From positions 124,001 to 188,000 of the forward strand of contig NMRA01000559.1 of NCBI GenBank assembly GCA_002633005.1: DNA of 64,000 nt, written 5' to 3'. The notes beneath the pieces were generated by a model. That model was not told the origin of the DNA and did not search any database. It saw only the letters and a program-made list of their open reading frames with translations. The stretch is from Phoronis australis. Its lineage: Eukaryota > Animalia > Phoronida. Both the position numbers and the translations under genes were made by a program. This document shows positions 50,208-60,471 of the stretch, piece after piece. Numbering within the stretch: the first letter of the stretch is position 1; every line of letters begins with the position of its first letter.

Positions 50208-52212
50208 AGCGCTTGTCCTCTCTGAGAGGGCTGGACTATTTGTTTCACGTTCACCAGACAGTGACTGTTAACTAATGAAACTTAGTTATTTCGGGAGGTG
50301 AAATTTTTATTGTTAAACGACGCTACGCTTTCAGTGCAATATCATTACGCGAACTGGATGCTTAACTCACGCGAAACACGAACGTAATGATCAAATTTAT
50401 CTGTTGTGAATGGATGCAGAAGTTCTGTCTCAAATTATGTTTACTAATGTACGGAACTTTCATAATCATTTGAGGGCGTATGAAATCGGGAAATGCATTG
50501 TGATTTGTCAAGTTTTCGTTGTGATTACAAATCTAACAATTGTAGGACACATTACTGGTAAATCCCTGAGGGCTTTGGTAAAGTTGTGCGATGGTACATC
50601 CCAGTCACATATACCGGCCTTGAGAGTGAGTACTAATATGAACCAGGGTTGTGCCACCAACAAATATTCAGTCAGACGCCCTCTGGGAGACACCGCCATC
50701 GGGTCTAGCTCGAAAGTGCCAAAAACAGTACTCCGTTATAATGTTAAATATTTCCATTTTCACCCATTGCCGTTACTATAAGCTGCCTGTACCGCGTTGC
50801 GTGGAAGAGTACCAAACAAGGGACACAACGAAGTTCCCGAAATCTTTTGCCTATTTGTGTATTTCTTTACTCACAGATGTAATCTTTTTCTATCATTTCA
50901 TCTTTATTATGAGCTCGCTCCTCTTTGACTAATGACATTTCCTCATAATATAAACTGAGCCCTGAATTCAATGACAATAAATAGGGACTTAGTCCTTAAG
51001 TTAGGGGCGTTTCATGAAAAGATCCCTATTTATTTTGATAATATTGAGAATTCAACGTCGAGTTCCGACTCTCGATTTGTATCAAAGCCAAAAATTGACA
51101 GCATTAGAAAAGCGCAACTCGGTGTTTTCACAAGTCCACAAATGCGCAATATATTTAGGGAACTTACTTGAGACCCTATTTGTGACTGTTTCTTGCAACC
51201 CGGCACTGGTGCCTATACTCACATTGCCTGTCTCTCAACTTTGGGGTATTGGACTGACGACTAAATATTTGGCTTTAATAGATCGACCTATAATTGCGTC
51301 ATGGTGCTAGCCGGCATACTGCACAGCGTCGGGAGTATTCCGCCGGGGAGCTTTGTAAGACCTCCGTCATACGCCGATTTTCGGCCACCAGCACGGTTCA
51401 GTCCAGTCCTCAATGCGATGCCATGCAACAAGACGCAAAACGCTGAGTCTTCGTGAGAAGTTACTTTATTCCGCATGCTGAGCCTACACCGTCATTTAAT
51501 GTTTCAGCTGACTGCAAGAGCACGCCAAGGCATGGGGTATCGGCTACTCTGCGTGGCCCCTCTTCAAACTTTGAAATTCCTGGGTCCGCCCCTTCAGATG
51601 GACTGTTTATTTATTGGATTTTAACTCAATATATAACTTTCTGCGGAAACAAGCATCTGTGAAATTTATGTAACTTTTTTCGTAAAAGTTCCCTACTACC
51701 ATTGCATGCGCGCACCCAGGGGGGGGGGCAATTGGCAAAGTGGGCAAAAAGGTCCGCCCCCGAGAGACAAAAAGTCCGAGAAAATGGGCACAAACGCGCA
51801 ATTCACAGAGGTGCTCCTGTTTTTCTTTTTTTTTTAGTACGCCCGCTCTTTTGTTGGCAAATGGTCCACAACGTCGGGAATTCGAGCCCCCATATCGAAG
51901 GCTTGGTGCGCGCATGCATTGGGTTGTTTTTAAACCGGTAGTCTATAATATTTAGTCTAAAAATCCGGCGGGTAGCACTGTAGCAGTGAATGGGGCCCAT
52001 AGGAACACTCGCCGACAGCCGCCGGAGGGGCGTACTCAAGGGCAGCAACGCTCGTCAAAACTGACATGAAGGCCGTGCAGGCAGACTCGGGAGCGACACT
52101 TAGCTTCTTGCTAACGAATTGCCTGTATTATCGGACTCGCGGATAATGAGTAAAAACTGATCATCGAAACAAATCATTGACTGCGCGCTCTTACTTCTCT
52201 GTAGATTAGTGA

Positions 52213-52253
52213 CTAGACAGTGCCCACCGTCTCGACAGGCCTTCGAGACGGTG
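52213..52253 (-). mobile_element. Helitron-like 3' terminus
   Basis: Perfect 11-bp stem caccgtctcga/tcgagacggtg (52225-52253), then 8 nt and CTAG|T on the minus strand. Confidence 0.5.
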
Positions 52254-52906
52254 AAGCTCTTACGCAGGAATCTTTTCGAAATTATGCCTCACAAAACATA
52301 TCAGACAGAGCCACATACCGAGTACCTTTTACGCATTGAGCGGACACAAGTAGGGCGCCGTTGTCTTTAATTTCTTTCAAACTCGAACAAATACTTCCGT
52401 AATTAATCAAAGTTTTCTTCGAGCAGACCTTCGTTCAGTCTAGGTTCCTACTGGGTTCAGTTGCCCAAATCGCCGGGCAACTGACCATTTTAACTGCGGC
52501 GCTACTATAAGAATAGAACAGAACAGAACAAACTAGAATAAAGTTTATTTTTTATATCGGATGCAGGGTTAAATAAACATTAGGAAAGAATACTAGTTTT
52601 CGATAAAAAATATAAAGAATGAACTAAAATATGTAGGCCTACAAAGAATATCCAGAAGATTGTTTGCAAAAAAGATGACATACCAAATAAGGGTTACAAC
52701 TAGAGTCACAACTGTACACTAAAGCATGACCTTACATAAATCACAACTGCACTCGTACAGATTCTCGAAATGCTTCCAGAATAGTTTTTCTAAGTCGTGA
52801 ACTGCTCAAGGCTGCTTTCGCATAATTTTATTGTAAGGGCGTTCCACGTCATTTTAACTCCGGTATTTCAAGACATAACCATACATTTTTGGCGAAATGA
52901 GGAATT

Positions 52907-52926
52907 AGAGAGAGAGAGAGAGAGAG
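52907..52926. repeat. (AG)10 microsatellite
   Basis: Direct reading; about 330 bp upstream of the regucalcin B ATG. Confidence 0.85.
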
Positions 52927-53029
52927 TTCACATAGCGAAAACTGTACAGTAGAGGTTTTATCCTGTAATCCTGGCGTGCGCGGTAAGTAGTAGCTTCATC
53001 GTCGGTCTCGAAAGCCGGTCGGCAGGCAC

Positions 53030-53110
53030 AGAGGTCATTGCATGCTCGGCTAGTGACCTGCCTTTTCTGACACCGCCGATCAGTCAGTCACATGACCCGT
53101 CCAGGTCATG
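53030..53110 (+). promoter_or_regulatory. Cluster of nuclear-receptor half-sites and an E-box upstream of regucalcin B
   Basis: AGGTCA 53032, TGACCT 53054, GTCACATGAC 53087, TGACCC 53093, AGGTCA 53103. Confidence 0.4.
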
Positions 53111-53256
53111 TTACACAATGAAGTAAACACATTCGATAGAGAGACTCAGCCGAAGAACGAGGCTGAATACGCGCGGGTTGAAATTAATCGGCACAAGTTC
53201 GAACTCAGTAACAAACTGTTTAGTAGTTGGAAGCACTAGCGACAGGAAACGTGGAA

Positions 53257-53413
53257 ATGTCTGTTTCTGTGCTCATAAAAAATGGTGCCAAAACCACAGG
53301 TGAAGGGCCTTACTGGGTCTACGAGGCTGATACTTTGTTGTACGTGGACATTGTCGCTGGTGATGTGCACAGATGGAACTCGAAAACGGACGTTAACGAG
53401 GAGATGCATTTCG
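53257..53413 (+). CDS. Regucalcin B coding exon 1
   Basis: [20 protein letters not shown]...LLYVDI. Confidence 0.92.
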
Positions 53414-56400
53414 GTAAATTATCTCTATTTTTTGCATGCGTAGTTGTTCAATCTTAGATCAGTTGGCCTACTCGGTCAGTAAATGCTGCCCAATAGTTTC
53501 ATATATATGTTGTGACCCTTCATAGTTGGATGTTGTGGTCCCACTTTAAACCACCATAACGTCTTCAGTTTTTAACCTAGAATAATAAGTTTAGTATTCA
53601 CATGTTCACAATGTGTGTAGAAATTGTTATGAGGTGTTCGTTTTTCTATATCTTTATTCGTATTTCAAATAATCGATTGTGAAGTCAGAGTTTCTTGCTG
53701 ACTTTATCCACAGTCGGTATCCGTTCAGTGACGTCATCAAGATTAAGCCTGACGCCTACCGGTGATCGTTTGTCCATCTTCAGGGTCTGGAAATCAAGGC
53801 CATACTTATAGACCGGGATCCCAGAGCTTTTTTGGGCATGAAAAGGTAACCAATTTTCTTTGGTGCCACAGTGCTCTGTGGGTATCCTGATGCTTGGAAA
53901 TGGCCGTCTGGCAGGTTCGCTCTGGTGGGTGTGGTCAGGGGAGCCAAGAGAATTACACTCGAAAATTGAGCTAGATCAACTTTTCTGGTAACCACTTCAA
54001 ACTGCCTTGGATACCTACTACGTAATCCACTGTATCAAAATTGGCCACTGCCAGACAATTTCAGTGGTGGGGAGTACCCGCCAGACGAACATATACAGGG
54101 TACAAAAATTGAGCTAGATCAATCCAAGAGGTAACCGCTTGAAANCATCGGTTTTGAACTCGCCGGGACCGACCGACCATCGCCCTATATAATGTGTGCT
54201 TAATATTTAATTTTTACGTATTTGCAGAGAAAGAGGCCACGGTTATTGTACCCAGAGAAAAGGGGGGCTATCTTGTTTGTGTTGGCAACACGATACGTCA
54301 CGTGGATTGGGACAATAAATCCGTAACACTACTAGCTGAAGTTGACCAGGGTAAAGAAACGCGCTTCAACGATGGAAAGTGTGATGCCAAAGGACGATTT
54401 TGGGCAGGTCAGAGTATGCTAGCACGGGTCTGGTTTAAATTATCCCACTCCTCATAACAAACTTAGTAAAAATAAGCGTATTTCAACTTATGTGTGTAGT
54501 GAACGTCTGTATCGTCCAGACAAAAGAATCGTCGACTTGGTTATAGTTGACACAAATGATTATAAAATGATGTAAACAACACTTTTTTAAGCCATCAACA
54601 GAAAATCCGCCTTTTATCACAGGAACGGACTTTTGATTGAAACCACTTTCCCAGTGGCGGATTTAGGGAAGGGGGGTCAAAGGGGCCATTACCCCCCTAA
54701 AATTCTCCCAGATTCCATTTGGAAGTTCGGGGTGCGAATATCTTAGTGAATAATACTCGATGCCCTGCCCCTCAACTCAAAATCCTCTGGATCCGCCCCT
54801 GTTACGGTTATGAAATTGGTCTCGAATTTTTCCTTAATCAAATTGGAGATGGTTTCAGGGCTTGCATCTAACTAGTGAACAGTTTGTATTCCTTGTGACG
54901 TCAGGCTCTACAAGTTGGCTTGTCACGTCCGGCGTGTCATTTCAAGTTATGCACCAACTGAGCCAGGTCTTAGCGAATAACGAATTGCCAGTTCTTTCGG
55001 CAAACCCGAAAATTTTTTGTCAGTTGAGTAAGGAACAAATCGGGAGACAATTTTATATTGGTCAGTTTGTCTAAACTTTTAGCAAAAGTTTGATTCTTTA
55101 ACGGATAAAGGGTTTATAGCCGCTCTAAGTGGTACTAGACTACTTTGTTCAACAAAATATGACCAACAACTCTCCCTAAACATAAAAAGTTTGGAACAAG
55201 TCTGAGAACTTCTTACAAAGTTTATTAAATCTGCAATGCTTTGAAGGAGTTATTTACAGCTGCGACGACAGTGTATTTCTCACAACATAGCGTCCGTGCG
55301 CTTGAAGCGAGCAAGGAATTTAAAGGCGAAGGCAATCGTTTTTTAATGTCACTTTTAGCAAAAACAAGGTCTGTTGATTATCCCAGGCATATTTTTCACT
55401 TAATTACAGCTTTTCGTAATTAATTTCTCGTCCTCTACTCCGGAAGTGACGTTTTGGGAGGCAAGAATTTCGAGCCAATTTCTGTTCATACAGTCTGACT
55501 GTAAGAGCAGTCGAGTCAGTCATTGTTCTACCCCTGTTGTGATAAGTTCGGTCGTCGTTTGCTTTTGTTTACGAGTCAGTCAACATGCCACGCTGTTGCT
55601 GCGTACCAGGATGTACTCATTATCGTCTCACACGCGCTTTGGGTACCTTGCATCGCTTTCCGAAAGATGACACACTTCGCCGTACTTGGCTAGCTCGCTC
55701 GTGTGAAGAACGCAGCGCTACCCGTTCACGCAACGCACAAAGCAGTGGCAAGCATTTTCAGATTACGACAGAGATATGTACGCTGAACTGATGAAGGTCC
55801 CTGCGAAACAACGCCTGAAGAAGGGTTCCAAACCGTCGCTGTTGATTCCCGGCAGTGCCCCGTCGCCAGCCCCGAGAATTGCGTTTTTGAAGCGAGAAGC
55901 CTCGCAAGCTGTGGCCAATATATATAGTGACTGGAGGCACTTCATCTACTGTCACCCATGCCTCCGAACGTACCCCATAGCGTGCAATTCCAGGAACTAG
56001 TAGTTATTCCCCGTGTGCTGTTGTCTCTAGCCCAGAGCCTGTAAGCAGCCTTGCAGCGATGTTGAGTAGTGGGAGTGAATACAGGCCCAGTTTGACATCC
56101 AGTGAAAAGGATAGTTCGTCATCCAATGAACAGATCGGTGAGCCTAAGTTTGATAAGTTTATTGTGGACTTGTATTGGAGCTATTTAGAAGGTGCCACGT
56201 GTGTGACGAGGGAGTCGCACGGCGGGATGTAAGCAGTTTGGGTGCTCAAGTCACCATCCACTGGGAGTGTGTCGTGGGACACTCGGGTAAATGGGACAGT
56301 TCTTCCTCTGTACGTGAGACGATAATGAGTTCATCTCGGTAGGCAGCAACAGCGTGGCATGTTGACTGACTCGTAAACAAAAGCAAACGACGACCGAACT

Positions 56401-59400
56401 TATCACAACCGAGGTAGAACAATGACTGGCTCGACTGCTCTCTGTATGAAAAGAAATTGGCGCGAAATTCGTGCCTCCCAAAACGTAACTTCCGGAGTAG
56501 ACGACTAGCAATTAATTAAAGTACAAAAAGCTGTAAATAAGTCAAAAATATGTATGGGATAATCAACGAACCCTATTTTTGCTAAAAATGACATGAAAAA
56601 ATGTTGCCTTCGCCTTTAAGTTATAGCATTGTATCCAAGTAGTGTGTGTTTTAGCTGAACAATGTTTATCTCGGAGATCTTTCAATACAGGACTTCAGGA
56701 AGCAATGGGGGCTGATCACGTAGCTGGCGGTACCAGCCTTCCGTTCAGTACGCTCGCACCTCGCTAAAAAACAAGACTTCGCGGTATTACGCGAGATATT
56801 TCTGTGTATTTTGAAAGAGAACACGTGACTTTGGCTAGATTTTAGCTAGGTTCTAGCGTAGGTCCTAGCGTTACTGAACGTACGCCAGGTCAGTTACTTT
56901 GTCTTTGCAACAGCTGACATAGGGGAACAGTTCCACGTTCATGAAAACACCCTCTTACAATGCATGTGATTAGACATGACGTGTTTTAAACAAAAGTTAT
57001 AAAGTGCATGCTTGTCCTCTAGAGGCCACTGTTATTCGGTCCAACGTGACCAGTCGGTACGTTCACTTGCTATTTTGAAGTCTCCCATTGTACTGTAGAA
57101 CTGGCAGGAAAACTCACAGAATCAATTCTGTGTGAAATCGCAAACAACAGAAGTTAGTATCAACTTAAAGCCTAGTAACTTCAACAGAATGTTGTTATTT
57201 TAGATGTATTGGGCTAACTATAGGTAGTCACAGCAAACGCTTAGGAAAAAAGAAAACGCCAGTTTAATCACGTAAATGAAGGTCCGTCAAAATGATAGAT
57301 GAAGGTGCCTTTTCGTGCCATGTTGCGTCACCGCGAGATCCTTGCACAAAAAAAAACAAACAAAAGGCCGCTTACAGTTTGTGTTGAATAGGGATCTGAA
57401 CTGAACACCACTGCGTGTGGGTGTTAGTCACCGCTGTTTGAATTAAAAGGACGGTGACGTTGACAAAAGCAAACCAATACGCCTGACAGTTCATTACATG
57501 GTTACATTTGACAATTCCTGGCACTTGTGGGCTCACAGTGATACTGTTAACATACTGCAGGAACCAAACTTACTGGTGTTACCATTCAAAATGGGCTTTT
57601 AAGAGTCATTTCTCCTCAGCAGCAAAAGACTTTATAGCCTGCTCCATGCATTTCTGTTCTTAGGAACTATGGGCTTGGAGACTGCTCCCGCTGTCCTACC
57701 CCCGGGTAAAGGGTCTTTGTATTGCTACGACCTTGACGGGTCAGTACGCTGCTGTGACACTGGGCTTGACCTGTCCAATGGAATTGCTTGGAACAACGAC
57801 AACACAAAAATGTACTTCGCGGACTCTATACCGAGGAAAATTTATGTATACGACTTCGATCTTGAGAAAGGAAACATTTGTAAGTTTAGAATGCACGTGA
57901 ATAAAGGTTAAATACTTTTTGGTTTAAAAGCATTGCTCTAACGAGCAAGTCTATTCCAGTACCAGCACCAGTGTCATCATAAATCATAACCAGATCTCTA
58001 ACCACACCAGTATCGCTTCGAAGGGTAAATGGAGCATGTGTTGAGCAGATATCGTGAGTTCAGAAGATTCAAAGTTGGCAGTCTGTTTACCATCGGGATG
58101 ATGGCTTGTCAATCACAATATTTTCTGCACTATAGCCATCTAAGTTCTAACATGAATCAAAAGTGTATTTTTAAAATGTTTATTGTTGTCTTATTCTAAT
58201 TCTCACCTCGTGTTTCGCAGCCAACAAACAAGTGGCCATAGAATTTGAAAATTATCCCAATGATCAGCTTGGCTTACCAGACGGAATGTGTATGGACGCA
58301 GACGATAAATTGTGGGTAGCTTGCTATTCAGCCGGGAAAGTAGTACAGTTTGAACCCATAACGGGTAGGTAGTTTTACAGTGGACTGTAAACATAAATAG
58401 ATTGCGACATTCTTGCCTTGCGTCTGCCATCGCAAAAAGAGTTCAAACCAAAGTCGTTGATTAGGGGTCATTCGGAAACGGGGAGCTTTGGCAAAAAGTC
58501 CCACAAGTGCGATACCGTTTAACCGAGCTCTTACTCAGTTGTGCAATACTTTGGGTCATGTTTGTCACCGCCCGTGAATGACTGGGCGCAAATCAGTCGT
58601 CACTGACCGGTCGTGTGCTACCTTTCCTTGCGATGATAGACACTGAAGACAATTAAATTAAATTTCGACCCAACGTGCTCAAACAAAACGTCCGTTGTAA
58701 TGCCTGCTCTATTCGCTCCATTCATTGCTACTCCAGTTGTAATGAACTCTTACTGGAACCTACTGGAATGTTCTCAAGCGTTCTATTGTAAACGAATTAC
58801 ATAATCACTGGTCTGACCTCATAGGCTGTCCCAATCAAGTTCTATCTGCTAGTAATCAAATGGAACTACCAGGCAAAACAAGAACCGCGACCAGTGCCTG
58901 CCTACTCCGTACAGGCCGCTTCATTACAGTGTTGAATGCCTCCTCAGTCAATGGAAAAGCCATACAAATTAGCCACCTGGCCAAAACTCGATAAGTCTTC
59001 TATACAAAATGTTGATGACAATTAAGTCATGTTACATCTTAAGAACACATTTCGCAATTATCTAAAGGTTTCACTGATTACTGTTGGAGGGTTGCCAAAA
59101 CTGAAAATTAACAAAGTTCCTAATGTTTTAAGTAGCAACTATTATCTTTATCCTTGACTTATGATAATGAGGCAGCCTGGTGGGTCATTTTATTTAAAGT
59201 CCACTCTTATTGGTCAATACAGAGAGCAACTTTCTGCATGTCTGCTTCCAGGGAAGCCACTTTTGATTGATTTTATTTCTGTTTTCAATTCAAGTCGTAG
59301 GCAATGGCCCATACTTGTGCATTTTCGAATTCGCAATTTTAGGATTTCTAAGGATGGCCAACCCTAGTAAACTCTGAAGCGTTGTATTGAGTCGCTGATA

Positions 59401-59989
59401 GTTTCGATGTCCTTGTTGGTAACAGAAATAAAATACTCGCGAAAGCTGCGGTGTCTTCAATAAGTCCGCAGTATCTTGCGTAACTCGGTTGTAAGGATCC
59501 CCTGATCTTTGTGTGCCCTGCCAAAAGCAGCCTTTTCCTATGCAGTTATCCCTACGGTGAATTGGCTACCGTGGTGATCTGACATCGTGGCACGTGTCCG
59601 TCAACACTACGCAGAAACAAAAATATGCCATGCAAATCCTTTCACGAGTTCTGTCCACTTTTCCAAGTACATAAAGCTAGTCGGTTAAGTATATTTGCGT
59701 AGTTTGTAATGGTCATTTTATGTATTGATGTTGCTAATTTGGGTAATAATTCTAACCATGCGGTTATTGTATTTTAGGCAATATTCTTCGAACAGTGAAA
59801 TTTCCTGCCAGACGTACCACTTCGTGTGCTTTTGGGGGTGAAAACTTTGAAGACCTGATTGTTTCTACATCCAATAGCGGAGTGCCCCCTGAGGAGTTTA
59901 AGGAGGACGGAGGCCTTCCGGGGAGTTTTTTTAAGGTCACAGGCCTCGGAGCTAAAGCATCACCACCTGAAATGTACAAAGGAGTTTAG
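53257..59989 (+). CDS. RGN: Regucalcin/SMP-30 (gluconolactonase) paralog B, canonical
   Basis: join(53257-53413,54228-54407,57664-57879,58221-58364,59778-59989) = 909 nt, 302 aa. Keeps [39 protein letters not shown]. Confidence 0.95.
54228..54407 (+). CDS. Regucalcin B coding exon 2
   Basis: [17 protein letters not shown]...[16 protein letters not shown]. Confidence 0.94.
55324..56615 (+). mobile_element. Non-autonomous Kolobok-like DNA transposon in regucalcin B intron 2
   Basis: TTAA TSD (55320-55323, 56616-56619), termini AGGCGAAGGCAA...TTGCCTTCGCCT, imperfect TIRs of about 310 bp, internal decayed THAP ORF. Confidence 0.85.
55585..56210 (+). pseudogene. Frameshifted THAP-domain transposase remnant
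   Basis: [10 protein letters not shown]...LHRFPKD...RRTW...GKHF, then in other frames [10 protein letters not shown] and KFIV...[10 protein letters not shown]; third THAP Cys lost, no DDE core. Confidence 0.75.
57664..57879 (+). CDS. Regucalcin B coding exon 3
   Basis: [20 protein letters not shown]...LSNGIAW...[10 protein letters not shown]. Confidence 0.94.
58221..58364 (+). CDS. Regucalcin B coding exon 4 (missed by the ORF track)
   Basis: [48 protein letters not shown]. Confidence 0.94.
59778..59989 (+). CDS. Regucalcin B coding exon 5
   Basis: [24 protein letters not shown]...PEMYKGV*. Confidence 0.94.
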
Positions 59990-60471
59990 GAGTGCTGCAT
60001 GAGTTCGATGGTGTAGCGTTCAATCATGTCAGGCATTCGACATATCTGTATTTAGAAGGGCCCAAAGAGTTCTCTCCACACGACCAAAATAAAGTAAAAA
60101 CGTCATTGGGCATGCCTGTTGACTCCTCACGCAGGCCTTTTCCTTGAAAATTGCGATTGAACTTTCCTGTTATGACATTCTGAACCCATCAGTGTTGACA
60201 GACACTTTGTATTAATTGATTACAGATCAGTGTTTCTCGAGCAATTTCACTTAACTTGCATGGTACATACTACTAGATTCAACGCGTCACATACGTCACC
60301 GTACCGGTTGAATACACGTGTAGATATGAAGACTTGTTCTGGGTCTCTTTGTCTGTAAAACGTGCTGCAGGTGCAGGGATGTGAAGACAATGCCAAATAG
60401 AACGTCTATAATTAATGTCTACCAGAACCATGAAGTTGGAAGCGAACTAGTTTGTTCAGTATGACTGAACT

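Noticed and set aside
50205-50285. Three in-frame TGA codons at and after the regucalcin A stop (selenoprotein or readthrough?)
   Set aside because: The stop aligns with the normal family C-terminus, the extension is not homologous, and no convincing SECIS was seen.
50255-50345. CAGTGN loops as iron-responsive elements in the regucalcin A 3' UTR
   Set aside because: Flanking bases do not form the required 5-bp upper stem with a C bulge.
55788-55815. CTGATGA...GAAAC hammerhead-like string
   Set aside because: No proper stem II closing onto GAAA and no stem III or cleavage triplet; lies in the THAP remnant coding sequence.
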